The notes below the pieces were generated by a model, which saw nothing but the letters and a program-made list of their open reading frames with translations, was not told the DNA's origin and searched no databases. This document shows positions 10,001 through 20,221 of a stretch of 64,000 bases of DNA, in pieces. Made by a program: the position numbers and the translations under genes. The DNA is from Giardia intestinalis (taxonomy: Eukaryota). Every line of letters starts with the position of its first letter. Position 1 is the first letter of the stretch. Where the stretch lies: NCBI GenBank assembly GCA_000002435.2, contig CM018790.1. The stretch is one strand, 5' to 3'.

Positions 10001-13000
10001 GGGTCCATTATACTCTTACTAGCGTCAAAAGTGCTATTGAGTTGGTAGAGGCAGCGCAACTTAGCGAGTGGTCTCTGTCGTGCCTTGCTGACTGCATCAA
10101 CACCAATCCCGATGCAGACCCCTTGCTGACAGACGCCAATGTCACAACTGAAAACGTAAGCGAGTTTTTGAAGGCCAACCCAGGAGTCGATGCCCTTCAG
10201 GTCATGGAGCGCTGCCTGGTGAAGCGTCCTCGGCGACTCTTCGAGCCAATGCTTCAGTATCCAAATGGATTCTCCGCCTGTCTTAGCTACATGAATCGCT
10301 TGGGCCTCGACACATATCGCTACGATTACTTGACCGTTGGAGATCGTCAGACAGGATCCCTGGGAACCAACGAGACACAGTTCAGTTGGTACTACATTGG
10401 CGTAGTAGGTGACGCCTCGAAGGTCGAGACCTCAGACAGCGTATCATTGAGCCTGTCTCTGGACGACCCTCTTATAGCAAGCTCTCCAACGGGAGGGCTT
10501 GACTATTATGTCGCAAACGAGCCCCAGCAGATCTCTTTCTCTCCCCAGAACTTTGGGGATGTGTGGAGGAGGGGCGTGGAGGCAGGCCTCAGACACCCCT
10601 TGGACTCCGATGACCTGTTCTCGCTTGTGGCCCCCCGCATGACTGTACCTCAGTATCTTCGCAGTGACACATCTCCGCCCCCGAAGGATACAGAGAATCG
10701 CACACTTCTGCTTGAGGAGACAATTCTTCGCCAACCCACGGCAAGTGACTTCTTCGAGGGGATTACGTCCACAATTGGCAGTACATTTACCAAGCCAGAC
10801 TGCTTCGATTCACAGCCGGCTGTACAAGCACGTGTGGTTCGCAGGGTGTTCAGAAGCATCCCTGCGGTTATCTTTCAACCAGGCCAGCACGAGGCAGGCA
10901 GTGCGTTGCTTCTTAAGATGTATGCTATGCTTCCTCCTCTCGGGCCACAACGCAAGGCCTATCGTGATTGGGTCATTACCTTTACTCCATCGAAAGAGCG
11001 GGCCGATACGCCAGCATATACTTCGAAATATTTCATCCCTACTTTGTTTCAATATCTGTACAAATATCCTAACAATGCCATTGATATCACGAAAACCGAT
11101 CGTGTCAGATTCACATTCACGACGATTGGGGCGGATGCGATGGCCAAGATGACCGGCGCTCTCTTCCGTCAGCACCTCGTAGAGTCTCTTCGGGACACGC
11201 TCGGCGTAGAGGAGGCGTGGCGCCAAGGGACAGAATTCACCTATGACGGGTCCGTGATGAGTATCCCTAGGCGGTATCTGAACAGAGATCTCATATTCGA
11301 AACTCCGGGGGCAGCCCTGCAATCGATGGAGATAATGAGTGACTACTACTTAGTGTTCCTCTTATTGCTAGGAAGCGTTATCGTAGCCGGTCGCGCTGCC
11401 CGGGAATTTCAGCAGCGCACCGTGACCCTTCTTCACCTCCACGGGGCCTCTGAAATGCGCGTTGTCATGGTTCTTATCCTGTACTTCAGCATCTGGACCA
11501 TCATCCCCACAATACTGATTGCAGCGGCCTTGACAGCACTCTTTAAGGACGCCTTCTTCATCCACGGTCCTGCAGTGGCCGCTGTCGCATATACCTGCCT
11601 GGGAATGATAGCTCTTTCCAGCGTGTTCAATGCAGTCCTAGTGGCCGTGCTCCTTCGCTCTCAGCAGAACGCCATGCTGACCGTGGTTCTCCAGATCCTC
11701 GTCGCTGTCTTTGTCTCCGGCTCTCTCAGGGCCGAGGGAGCAGTGGCCGCCGTCCTGGGCCTTCTGGCTCCCGGCGCGGGGTACATGCCCGTGCTGCGAA
11801 ACGCCATAGGACTTAGCCGCATTAGCTGGGGGTCTCTTGCCCTCTCGTTTCTGATATCGCTGCTAGAGGTGCTTGCCTCGCTTGGCGTGCTGCTGCTCAG
11901 GAAGATTCGGGTCCGCCAGAGGATCAAAGACAGGACCCCTGACGGATCAGATTCAGAGGAGTCTGGACTGCTGAGCGGGCTATCAGAAACAACTTCCATG
12001 ACCAGCCTCAATTTGGAGAGGAAGGATGCACCTCCCGGACACCCTGACAACCACCTCAGCGTGCAGGGGATCTCGCACAGCTATCGCAAGGGCGTCCACG
12101 CGCTCGACAACGCCTCGTTTTCGGTGCCGGCGGGGAGCATCTTCGCCCTGCTCGGCGCCAACGGGGCCGGGAAGTCCACGATGATGCACGCCCTGACCGG
12201 AGTCCTGAGGCCGACTGCTGGAAGCGCTCTCTGCGTGCGTAACGAGGCCGACAGCAGATGGGTTGACCTCTTCCGGCGGGTCCACCACAGCCGGTACATC
12301 ACAGTTGTTCCCCAGCACGACCTTTACTGGCCGCAGCTCACGGTCCGCGACCACGTGAAGATCATCCGAGGGCTCACGCCCAGGGCACTTCGGCCAAACA
12401 TCAAGTCGACGGACCACGTGCTCCGCCTGGTGGGGCTGGCCGAGCACGCCAACAAGAGGGCCGGTGCGCTCTCGGGCGGGATGCGGCGGCGCCTCACGCT
12501 CGCGATGGTCCTAGTTTCGTCTCCCTCGCTCATCTGCCTCGACGAGGCGACGACGAGCTTCTCGGGGCGCCTGAGGAAGCGGGTCTGGGACGCCATTCTT
12601 GCCAGCAAGGGCGTCAACAAGACGCTCATCGTCACGAGCCACGACATGGCCGAGGTGGAGGCCCTGGCAGACACATGCTGCGTCCTCCGGAAGGGCCGGG
12701 TCATCGCCAGCGGGTCTGTCGACGATCTCTCTGCACAGAGCCGCGTGGCCTACACGCTCACCGTCGCGTGCGGATCATTAGAGGCGTTCGACGCCTACCT
12801 TGCTGGCCCCCACAAGTGCGCCTGTGAACTCTCTGGTGGGCTGCTTGCAAACGCCGAAGTCAACAGCGTTGCACGGCTAGTCAAGTACAGGATCCCTCAA
12901 GGTGTGGACCTCGAGACGGCCATCTCCTCTCTGTCCTCGGCCGGGTGCCTAACGCACGCCTGGGCGCTGACGCATGCACGCCTGGAGGAGGCGTTCGTTG

Positions 13001-13017
13001 ATCTAACAGGGTGCTAA
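7078..13017 (+). CDS. ABC transporter, ABCA-like full transporter (TMD-NBD-TMD-NBD)
   Basis: The track ORF starts at 7024, but that codon is TTG. The first ATG in frame is 7078 (MYPVLRL...), preceded by 'tttcaaaaataATG'. NBD1 has Walker A 'GLVATSGGGKST', signature 'LSGGMLRRLALA' and Walker B 'ILLDEITVGVDP'. NBD2 has 'GANGAGKSTMMHAL', 'LSGGMRRRLTLA' and 'ICLDEATTS'. Two multi-helix hydrophobic blocks precede each NBD, with a large loop after the first TM helix as in ABCA proteins. Confidence 0.85.
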   Translation: MYPVLRLYLKTARAHLCLYICMIVMPVVVMAAVALFFSFEDRLQSPSSGLGEGTLPRLPLCRDLPGCTSQTVYLAFSPDTIEARRVVDRLAQQNGLESERIVAVKDRATMQRLVAGKNLGPSFVDDVIAANLGETVRGHLLGADGSLASILTPREVLADRGVVAEMLDTAYGLNDRTLDAFDDEWAASMGPADSVFLALDLNISNREASDIPQAVQYSLWYSQEMMTWYAVKHPSPRTRSSTPNSYAMSYVWSPVSFSIFEAIHNALTETFIGKTISYSLGEYPLQGSTTTLAGMQAYMILQLSIFLECILTLIFAAHFRGPFQTTLRRLGVSEFCMYGFTFGTLLIANLLAYGLLFGAGSLFKLFPFSSYTPSLNALVSITFALITTASVLLLHMLFYNTSVAIAFGTVALILLVAFPFLILLEQPDYPTIWTQLAIPTWLTKVFYVLFPPLGLVAICDMMITLRPERMLTLLVGQSASTYGLELLFNDIDGYHSKHFSCLGTIFIGVSECTFQLPYLGSLVVTSLVQSTLALPLLTLVLLFCKHEPGSQGLPLSFLCSRKFYRTRRPKDNPEFPFLSVSGLRKTYRKAKRCTVVKEEALCGLDLHLEQGEVTGLVATSGGGKSTALGIMAGELAPSGGQCAGLGHDLLCPYTARSLRGFISLCPQEWNNIWINLTVRENVLLCAEIRARVTGRLGELQHRSESLDGYVDELLKRLGLHDHAHKQASALSGGMLRRLALANATAGGPRLILLDEITVGVDPILKRQIWAYVRALVTEGAAAVLSSHDANEIAELATRVVVLKAGRTQADAPVVQLLEEHGDYVVSVTSESRDAISRVALLLSTELGTLLGVGAKELGVTMDPRRASISIPAALVPDAHALAGLIQHCRAFEKREGVQVAVSRARLEDVFEHLLDGEDDAQPEPLRSVTLDEDRKPSVTRHLLLLFLSLDLQEHCRSFVSILAALTALFVLIWMGVHYTLTSVKSAIELVEAAQLSEWSLSCLADCINTNPDADPLLTDANVTTENVSEFLKANPGVDALQVMERCLVKRPRRLFEPMLQYPNGFSACLSYMNRLGLDTYRYDYLTVGDRQTGSLGTNETQFSWYYIGVVGDASKVETSDSVSLSLSLDDPLIASSPTGGLDYYVANEPQQISFSPQNFGDVWRRGVEAGLRHPLDSDDLFSLVAPRMTVPQYLRSDTSPPPKDTENRTLLLEETILRQPTASDFFEGITSTIGSTFTKPDCFDSQPAVQARVVRRVFRSIPAVIFQPGQHEAGSALLLKMYAMLPPLGPQRKAYRDWVITFTPSKERADTPAYTSKYFIPTLFQYLYKYPNNAIDITKTDRVRFTFTTIGADAMAKMTGALFRQHLVESLRDTLGVEEAWRQGTEFTYDGSVMSIPRRYLNRDLIFETPGAALQSMEIMSDYYLVFLLLLGSVIVAGRAAREFQQRTVTLLHLHGASEMRVVMVLILYFSIWTIIPTILIAAALTALFKDAFFIHGPAVAAVAYTCLGMIALSSVFNAVLVAVLLRSQQNAMLTVVLQILVAVFVSGSLRAEGAVAAVLGLLAPGAGYMPVLRNAIGLSRISWGSLALSFLISLLEVLASLGVLLLRKIRVRQRIKDRTPDGSDSEESGLLSGLSETTSMTSLNLERKDAPPGHPDNHLSVQGISHSYRKGVHALDNASFSVPAGSIFALLGANGAGKSTMMHALTGVLRPTAGSALCVRNEADSRWVDLFRRVHHSRYITVVPQHDLYWPQLTVRDHVKIIRGLTPRALRPNIKSTDHVLRLVGLAEHANKRAGALSGGMRRRLTLAMVLVSSPSLICLDEATTSFSGRLRKRVWDAILASKGVNKTLIVTSHDMAEVEALADTCCVLRKGRVIASGSVDDLSAQSRVAYTLTVACGSLEAFDAYLAGPHKCACELSGGLLANAEVNSVARLVKYRIPQGVDLETAISSLSSAGCLTHAWALTHARLEEAFVDLTGC

Positions 13018-13290
13018 GTTGCAGAAGGCAACCAGGTCACCTCTACGAAGCTTGTGATTCTAGTGAAGCGAATAAGCCCGCCTCTAATCATCTTCCCAAC
13101 CGCAATTCTGTCTCAATGGCTGCAGGCACCGGAACACGGCCCATTGTGTTGCTGCTCACACGCGGCCCAGTCTCTGGGCAAGGGATGCCTCTATCTGGTG
13201 CAGTGATCCTGCAGTATTTACTGTGGTAGAACAGAGTTGTCACGTCTGATCCAGCGACCAGCAGGCTAAGGCGCTGACAAGGCGTGCTAT

Positions 13291-16152
13291 TCAGTGCCTG
13301 CCCTCGGATCGGGCAGGGCGTTTGGTTGAGACAACGCGGACGACGGGTTGCGCGCCCTCTTGCAGAGGCTTAAGTTCCAGATTAGCCAGGGGATAAAGGG
13401 TGTTGAGCCCACCGTAGTCAATTGCGTCTCCAAGGGCTGCCGCTTGCCGTGCACGAGTTTTGTTTGCAATGGCGATGCTGTGTCTTAGGGTGGCAACGGC
13501 AATGTCGTCGTTCTTTTCAACGTAGTTGGAGTAGTAGCCTACCTCTGAATCATTTAACAGATAGCAGCCACACGCCACATAGATCCGCTTGACTAGCATA
13601 TCTGTGCTTCTGGCTGCCCGGGATCTGAAGACATTCGCTGTGGAGCGTTGCACAAACAGAAGTTCACGAGAAAACCGCTGGAGGATACTATCTAGGGTGT
13701 CGCACACCTCCACGCTGAGGCGCATGTTGCCCTCTTGCAGCGGGAAGAGGGTGTATATCTCAGGCTTGTACAATGATGTGCGAGCCGAGAAACCGCTGGC
13801 GGACTCGCTGGTGAGCGAGCTCAGTGTCTTTGAAAGCAGAGCAGCTAACCCTTGGACTGAACCGAGGGTAAGGGGAGGACATTGTAAATACAGGTGATTG
13901 CTTGTCTTCGCAATGGTGTCTCCGCTTCCTTTACGGTCGGTCCCGAACAGGCGGGTCAGCTCCTGCATATGTTTCAAGTCATATAGTTGATGGATGTATT
14001 CGCACAGCAGAGGAGTGAAGTCAAGATTGAGTACAGGTGGGTGATCGGTGCAAGGGATAAAGCAAGTTCCTTGGTTGAACAGCGCGCGGAGAAAGGTTAG
14101 GATGGTGTCATTGGCTACTCCATTGATGGTGCAAAACTTTATTGCTAGATCTGTAACATGAATGGCAAAGACAGTAAACGCACGAATAGGGACACAATCG
14201 TACACTATGTCCTTGGCGTCTGTGTCACTTTTCTGATTGGTATTGCCAGTGCCATCGTCTTTATCCTTAACTTGCGTGCCAGATGTATTTATAACATTAT
14301 AATAATGGTACAGAACCGCGCTATTAAGCAAAGAGTCACAGCATCCAAACACAACTGCTGCGGTGTTAAATTTAGTGCTGTTGCTTTCCACACGTTCAGC
14401 TATCAAAGAGTGCTTGATATAGGCCCCACACGCAAGAAAATTAAGAGATGTAAACGCATATGCATACAAGCATCTAAGTAAGAAAGTGTAGAGGGGGGTC
14501 TTGACTCGATTTGACTCGGCCAGAAAGTCAAGGATCAATACAATAAGATTCGAAATAGTGTTATTCTGCATACATGGGTGTGGCGAGTAAAACTCCTCTG
14601 GTATAGAGTCTGTCAATGGTATACCTTGACATCTCTGTAGAGTAGATAGAGTCCATGTCGGCTTTTTAACATAACATCCAGATCGCCTATAGACGTTATC
14701 AAAGTCCTTTTGGGCCGATTCTTGGTGCTCATAGGTATCTGAGTCGTCTGAATCATGGTCCATATGGCCTGCATCTACGCCTTGTTCTGTAGAGAGAGTA
14801 GGAAGCAGACCAGGGAAGTCAAAGACACCGTACGGTGTTGGCTCACCTTGCTGTGATTTAAGAGAAATGACCTGCTGAGCCTTTGGAATAAGAGCACAAA
14901 CAGCTTCACCCAGATGCCTCCGCAGTCTGTGCCACAGGTTAGCGGGTCGGCCTCCAACAAGCCCTTGCAATGCTCCTAGCTCTGCCTCGTCCCAGTGGTC
15001 TGAGCTAACTAAGTTAACAAGTTCAGTGAAACATTGCCCTTCTGTGTCGTTGTTATCGTATGCCAAAGATTCATGTCCTAATCTGAGCAATCCTAGGATA
15101 TAGGATAAAAGAGAAAAGTAGGTTATGCCTGATGGCTGGTACTGAATCACTGTCTCAAGGCAAAACAAAACTCGTCTTGCCGCCTCTAATTCGCTGATTA
15201 TAGCTTGATTGACCAAAAGGGCAGATACCTTCATTTCAAAGTCAACCACCTCGTTCCAGAGAAGATTTGCAAGAAGCTGCTTCTGCTTATCAGACGTAGT
15301 ATGAACATAATTCATGCCTGGGATGCTATTATTCGGCCATCTACCCGGTGCTTTGGAGCTAAAAGAACTTCCATGGGCTAGCTGCTGAATATTACTGGGA
15401 ACGCCCATGGCGTTACACATAGTTACATGACGTTTTAGCAAGAATTTAACGATCAGGCTGTAATTCTTGACGATTGTACAAAAACGTGTAAGCTGGTTCA
15501 AAGTGGGTATAAAGTCTAGGGGCTGTCCCTGTGCATCGATCGTGGGAAGGGAAGAGTCATCTGCGTATAGCCTTAACCCCTCCTCAGGTTGAGAGCTGTC
15601 GATATTTGCAATGCGACAGTAATTTGTTAGCTGGCTATAAAGCCTGAGGTCCGGTAGCGCAATGGTAGCCAGGGGGATGGTACTCAAAAACTCCATTATC
15701 AGAAGAGAAAGGTCTATTTCTTTGTTAGTGTATGTCACGTTGCACAACACTTTCCATGCTATGTTTCCTAGAGGATCATACGGAGCAAATAGCACGGCCA
15801 GCGCAGCTAGAGACATGACCTGCGGAATTCCTGTCCGACTTGTATCGGTTGCATTTATCTTAGAGAAGGAATGCCGAATAAGAGGGGCAAAAACAATTGC
15901 TGTGGGTGCTATCTGGATCACTTTGCAGAGCTCAGCATACAGCAGAGGATCTTTCTTAGCGAGGAGAGTCTCAATGAAGATGGCCCCCATTTCGGGATCA
16001 GTAGGGAAGATGGAAAGATAGGTGCGTATCAAGCCACAGTGTTGGTTTGTGCTCATTAGTTTTTCAAGACTTCCTGATCGGAGAGGCTCCCAGGAAGATA
16101 GAGAGTCTGGGTTCTGAGTAACATTCGAAAGAAACTCCGTCAGAGAGGCCAT
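13291..16152 (-). CDS. Hypothetical protein, 953 aa
   Basis: Long ATG ORF convergent with the ABCA gene. No motif I can assign. Confidence 0.5.
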   Translation of the reverse strand: MASLTEFLSNVTQNPDSLSSWEPLRSGSLEKLMSTNQHCGLIRTYLSIFPTDPEMGAIFIETLLAKKDPLLYAELCKVIQIAPTAIVFAPLIRHSFSKINATDTSRTGIPQVMSLAALAVLFAPYDPLGNIAWKVLCNVTYTNKEIDLSLLIMEFLSTIPLATIALPDLRLYSQLTNYCRIANIDSSQPEEGLRLYADDSSLPTIDAQGQPLDFIPTLNQLTRFCTIVKNYSLIVKFLLKRHVTMCNAMGVPSNIQQLAHGSSFSSKAPGRWPNNSIPGMNYVHTTSDKQKQLLANLLWNEVVDFEMKVSALLVNQAIISELEAARRVLFCLETVIQYQPSGITYFSLLSYILGLLRLGHESLAYDNNDTEGQCFTELVNLVSSDHWDEAELGALQGLVGGRPANLWHRLRRHLGEAVCALIPKAQQVISLKSQQGEPTPYGVFDFPGLLPTLSTEQGVDAGHMDHDSDDSDTYEHQESAQKDFDNVYRRSGCYVKKPTWTLSTLQRCQGIPLTDSIPEEFYSPHPCMQNNTISNLIVLILDFLAESNRVKTPLYTFLLRCLYAYAFTSLNFLACGAYIKHSLIAERVESNSTKFNTAAVVFGCCDSLLNSAVLYHYYNVINTSGTQVKDKDDGTGNTNQKSDTDAKDIVYDCVPIRAFTVFAIHVTDLAIKFCTINGVANDTILTFLRALFNQGTCFIPCTDHPPVLNLDFTPLLCEYIHQLYDLKHMQELTRLFGTDRKGSGDTIAKTSNHLYLQCPPLTLGSVQGLAALLSKTLSSLTSESASGFSARTSLYKPEIYTLFPLQEGNMRLSVEVCDTLDSILQRFSRELLFVQRSTANVFRSRAARSTDMLVKRIYVACGCYLLNDSEVGYYSNYVEKNDDIAVATLRHSIAIANKTRARQAAALGDAIDYGGLNTLYPLANLELKPLQEGAQPVVRVVSTKRPARSEGRH

Positions 16153-16279
16153 TTTTTACAGTGCCCTTAGTAATGAAAAAGCCACCTGGATCTGACGTGA
16201 AGGAAGTGATACTGCTATTAGGTCTTCTAGTTGAGGCGCAAAAGGGTCGGTATGCTTGTGTGCATGGACTGTATTATCC

Positions 16280-16309
16280 TTGCCGTGAATTAAGCTTCAA
16301 ATAAAAATG
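16280..16309 (+). promoter_or_regulatory. AT-rich initiator-like element abutting the TyrRS start codon
   Basis: 'gaattaagcttcaaataaaaATG'. Similar A-rich contexts occur at 7060-7080 (ABCA: tttcaaaaataATG) and 25225-25248 (coiled-coil gene: ggaatccaaaaaaggATG). Confidence 0.3.
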
Positions 16310-17470
16310 ACGACTCTTGCTACACTCCCGCCTCTCACCCCTGCGCAGAAACAGCATCTCCTGGAGAAGCTTGCTGAAGATATCATGTGCCCAGAGGAGC
16401 TTCACGCCCTCTTACATGCTGATGGAAACAAGCGCTTGACATGTTATGACGGTTTTGAACCCAGTGGAAGGATACATATTGCGCAAGGAATTGCAAAGGC
16501 CATTAATGTTAACAGGTTATTGAGGTCAGGTATTGACTGCGTCTTTTATGTGGCAGATTGGTTTGCTGCTTTAAATAATAAATGCGACGCAGAGCTCTCA
16601 AAGATCCAAATTTTAGGGCGCTACTTTGTGGAGGTTTGGAAAGCGTGCGGGATGCTGGGTGTCTCTAAACCGGTTGTGTTTAGTACGGGCCAAAAAGCGT
16701 CTGTCAGGTTTGTGTGGGCAAGTGAGTTCATCAGGCAGAACTCTTCCTCGTACTGGATGCGCGTAATGAATATTGCACGTAGCTTTACGGTGCCTCGTAT
16801 GCAGCGATGCTCAACTATAATGGGCCGAACAGAGGGTGATGATCAGCCAATTTCTCAAATACTATATCCCTCAATGCAATGTGCGGATATCTTTGAGCTA
16901 AAGCTGGATCTGGTTGAGATGGGACTTGATCAGCGTAAGGTAAATGCCTTAGCCCGGGATTACTGCGATAAATCTGTAGAGCTAAGGCACCATAAGCCTG
17001 TTATTCTCATGCACCACATGCTGCTTGGCCTTGTGGGTGACGGTAAAATGAGCAAGTCTGTTCCTGACTCTGCTATTTATATGGACGATTCCTTCGAAGA
17101 AATTCAGCGAAAGATCATGAACGCTTCTTGTCCAGAACCAGGAGCCGAGAGCGGCAATCCTATTCTTGAGTACTACAAGTACATTGTGTTTGGCGCAATA
17201 GAGCAGGAGATGATATCAACAGAGTGTTTAGGATCAGTTGTTGTCCTACCATACGACCGGGACGGTAGTGCCGCTGACTGCAGTCAATTCGCTAATTATG
17301 AGGAGCTGGAGACGGCATATGTGGAGGGAAGAATTGCACCACATGTTCTTAAGTCCTCGTTGGTTCACTATATAGACAGTCTTATCGCCCCCGTCCGTGC
17401 CCATTTCAAGTCGACCCCAGAGCTTTCTCGCTTACTCTCTGATGTGCACAACATACGATCTGTCCGCTAA
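16307..17470 (+). CDS. Tyrosyl-tRNA synthetase (class I aaRS, eukaryotic/archaeal type, no EMAP-like C-terminal extension)
   Basis: 'CYDGFEPSGRIHIAQG' is the HIGH-region variant typical of eukaryotic TyrRS. 'GLDQRKVNALARDY' matches 'GGIDQRKIFTFAEKYL', and 'KMSKS' is followed by 'MNASCPEP' (compare human 'KKAFCEPG'). The length, 387 aa, is that of a minimal TyrRS. Upstream context 'caaataaaaATG' is AT-rich. Confidence 0.85.
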   Translation: MTTLATLPPLTPAQKQHLLEKLAEDIMCPEELHALLHADGNKRLTCYDGFEPSGRIHIAQGIAKAINVNRLLRSGIDCVFYVADWFAALNNKCDAELSKIQILGRYFVEVWKACGMLGVSKPVVFSTGQKASVRFVWASEFIRQNSSSYWMRVMNIARSFTVPRMQRCSTIMGRTEGDDQPISQILYPSMQCADIFELKLDLVEMGLDQRKVNALARDYCDKSVELRHHKPVILMHHMLLGLVGDGKMSKSVPDSAIYMDDSFEEIQRKIMNASCPEPGAESGNPILEYYKYIVFGAIEQEMISTECLGSVVVLPYDRDGSAADCSQFANYEELETAYVEGRIAPHVLKSSLVHYIDSLIAPVRAHFKSTPELSRLLSDVHNIRSVR

Positions 17471-17557
17471 GCGTCCACTTACCCTGCGGGCGTGTGCTTA
17501 GAGCGGTCACCGAGACTAAAGCAAACATAGATTCACACACAACTAGAAAAGTGAACT

Positions 17558-20119
17558 CTACTTACTAGATGGTCTAGAAAATCCAGAAAAGCCGGAGAAG
17601 CCACTGCTAGCAGTGTCAGACATGGGTCCAGAGACTAAGCTGTCGAGATAGAGCTCGACAGCCCCTTGCGGAGTGACATTCTGAAGTCCGGCATGATTGA
17701 TGCGACGATAGATATCAGTTAGAGTCGTTTCGTGGCGCTTGAGGACGTTGATCTTCTTGACCTTCATGGCAGGGGTCAGGCATCCGTTCTCTGGAGTCCA
17801 CGGATCTCCCTCAACAACCAACGCCTTAGGGATCTCAAAAGATCTCAAAGAATTTTCCTTGCAGGTTTTCTGGATGGCCTGAAGGACCTGCATGAACAAG
17901 TCCTTCAACCTGGGATACGCACTCGGGTCTTGAAGGGTTATCTCAAGCTTTCCCTCTACATCTTTTGGTATTGCGTGGCCAAGCTCTTTTTGACACATGT
18001 CAACATTGAGAACGACCACACAGAGCACGCAGCTCTCGAAACGTGAGCCATGCATGATGCACTGCTCAACGTATTTGCAGCGGCTGATAGCGTTCTCGAT
18101 TGTGGTGGCGGAGATGTACTCCCCTTGAGCAAGCTTAAAGATTCCACGCTTACGGTCAATCAGACGCAGTTCTCCAAGAGACCTATCGTATTCCCCTATG
18201 TCTCCCGTCATGAACCAGCCGTCCTCGGTGAGCGTCTCCTTGGTCTTGGCGTCGTCGTTGTAGTAGCCACTGAAGACCGAGGGCCCCTTGATCCAGACCT
18301 CTCCGCGCGGGTTTGGCTTGTCCGTCACGAGATAGTCCATGTCAGGGACAGAGGTAAGGCGTATCTTAGTGGAACTATCCAGGGTCACACCGACAGTTCC
18401 CCAGTGTAACGTAGACGTTGGCTGCACCACACCATGTGCCGCTGTCTCAGACATTCCCCAGCCTTCAAAGACCTCCATGTCACATGCGATGCGTAGGAAC
18501 TCGCCAACTTTCTGTGAAAGAGGAGCAGACCCTGTCACGCAAAGAGAGCAGCGGCCCCCCAAAAGAGCTTTCGTAGAAGAGAATATCTTATTAGTAAGCC
18601 CAGGCCACGGCCTCCCAGCAAGAAGAGCCTTACGGCGAGAGCCATAGGCTGCAAAGAAAACAAAGCGCTTGAAACTCGAGAGGGCGCTGACCTTGGCCAT
18701 GATTCCATCAAATAGCTTGTTCAGAACGCGAGGCACAGCAACGAAGAAGGTGGGGCAAAGCATTTGGACGTCTTCAACCAGCATTTTGATATCTCCTTGC
18801 CAAAATCCCATACAGGCACCGGAGTGGATGGACACAAAATTGATTACACGCATAAATATATGAGCATTTGGAAGAAAGGAGAGAGTGTAATGCTGTTGGC
18901 CTTGAAGCGGAAGAAGGCGTGAGCACTGCATGGAGATAGCGGTGTGCATCACATTCCCGTGGCTTAGCTTTACGCCCTTTGGATTCCCAGTTGTTCCAGA
19001 CGTATATATAAGAGTCATCAAGTCGTCACGCTGCGAGACCTCCAGGTCCAGTGAGGGGAAGCTAGTGATTGGGAAGTCATCTGAATACAGGTAGGAGTAT
19101 CCAGCAAGACCGGTGGCCGAGCTCTGTGCATACTTTGAAAACATAGCCTTGTATCTATCAGTCTCCCTCCCGAGGGTAGTAACCTGGTGGTAGGTCCCCG
19201 AGACAAGCTTCATGAGTTGTTGCACGGTTTCAGGCTGCCCATATTTCCCTTTGTCCATAGTGAACAATTGGTGTCCCAAATGAGGAATGTCCTTCTTGTC
19301 CGGTAGGTAGAAATGTGCCCCATGGCTACCGCTAGCAGTGTCACAAGCCGTACTGATAATGCGCGAATAGCGAGACTTTGTGCCCTCCACGGCATTCTGC
19401 TCTTCTGGTGTACGTCGTCGAGGATTGTGGCATCCATATTTACGGTCTCCCTCGTCGAATTCCTCCATGCGGCGCGGAACAGTAGAGGTGTGCGTTGGCA
19501 TAGCGAGGCTTACTGTTTTACCGTCCGGACACGAGAATGAGTTAGCAAACTGGGAATAGTAGTCCGACACAAGCGCCCTATCATCCAAACGGTCATCGAA
19601 GATAATGACCGCCTTAACCGAAGGACACCTTGAAGCAGCGTCAGCCCACTTTGGAAGCCTATCTGGGGCTACAAAGAGAATGGAAATCTGAGAGTCATTT
19701 GCCACCAGTATAACTTCCTCTGTGCTCTGCGTATCATAAATCGGGACAAGTACTGCGCCTAGCGCAATGCACGCAAGATCCAGCACAACCCACTCTACAC
19801 GGTTAGTGGATATAACACCAACCTTACTTCCTTTGGTAATGCCCAGAGCCTGAAGACCAAGGGCCAACTCGACGGTCATCTTGTACACCTGGGCGTATGA
19901 GTACCACTCAAAGTCACCACGTGACCCCTTGTAAGGTGGGTCGAACTTAGAGCTCTTCAGAACAGGAGGGGCCGTCATGGGCCGAAGAAACTCACGAGTC
20001 CCAAGAAAACGCAAACCAGGAGTGACTAGGGTCGTCTTCTGCATAATCCGCAGACCTGTGCAGGCATCGCCAGAGACGTCAAGCCCGGGAGCGTCAAAGG
20101 GGCAGATGAAATCCGACAT
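17558..20119 (-). CDS. Long-chain fatty-acid-CoA ligase (acyl-CoA synthetase, ANL/AMP-binding superfamily)
   Basis: AMP-binding signature 'LIYTSGTTGNPKGVKLSHGNV'. 'GWFMTGDIGEYDRSLGELRLIDRKRGIFKLAQGEYI' is the ACSL motif block (TGDIG...DRKK..KL.QGEYV). An N-terminal 'FEWYSYAQVY' type fatty-acid-binding region is present. It contains a low-complexity insert of about 150 aa between the N-terminal domain and the AMP motif. Confidence 0.85.
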   Translation of the reverse strand: MSDFICPFDAPGLDVSGDACTGLRIMQKTTLVTPGLRFLGTREFLRPMTAPPVLKSSKFDPPYKGSRGDFEWYSYAQVYKMTVELALGLQALGITKGSKVGVISTNRVEWVVLDLACIALGAVLVPIYDTQSTEEVILVANDSQISILFVAPDRLPKWADAASRCPSVKAVIIFDDRLDDRALVSDYYSQFANSFSCPDGKTVSLAMPTHTSTVPRRMEEFDEGDRKYGCHNPRRRTPEEQNAVEGTKSRYSRIISTACDTASGSHGAHFYLPDKKDIPHLGHQLFTMDKGKYGQPETVQQLMKLVSGTYHQVTTLGRETDRYKAMFSKYAQSSATGLAGYSYLYSDDFPITSFPSLDLEVSQRDDLMTLIYTSGTTGNPKGVKLSHGNVMHTAISMQCSRLLPLQGQQHYTLSFLPNAHIFMRVINFVSIHSGACMGFWQGDIKMLVEDVQMLCPTFFVAVPRVLNKLFDGIMAKVSALSSFKRFVFFAAYGSRRKALLAGRPWPGLTNKIFSSTKALLGGRCSLCVTGSAPLSQKVGEFLRIACDMEVFEGWGMSETAAHGVVQPTSTLHWGTVGVTLDSSTKIRLTSVPDMDYLVTDKPNPRGEVWIKGPSVFSGYYNDDAKTKETLTEDGWFMTGDIGEYDRSLGELRLIDRKRGIFKLAQGEYISATTIENAISRCKYVEQCIMHGSRFESCVLCVVVLNVDMCQKELGHAIPKDVEGKLEITLQDPSAYPRLKDLFMQVLQAIQKTCKENSLRSFEIPKALVVEGDPWTPENGCLTPAMKVKKINVLKRHETTLTDIYRRINHAGLQNVTPQGAVELYLDSLVSGPMSDTASSGFSGFSGFSRPSSK

Positions 20120-20221
20120 GCCTCAATTAATTTTTGGCACTTAACATAAGTTTATACCTTTACTTATTAATTTCTGACTTCTAGATCTCGGGGTTTCGAG
20201 TTCACATTCCCATGGTTACGC

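Noticed and set aside
7131-12781. Numerous 60-250-aa ORFs on both strands inside the ABCA gene (for example 7798-8562, 8766-9485, 11983-12447)
   Set aside because: They are overlapping or antisense frames of a GC-rich coding region. They have no independent motif support and tile a gene with strong domain evidence.
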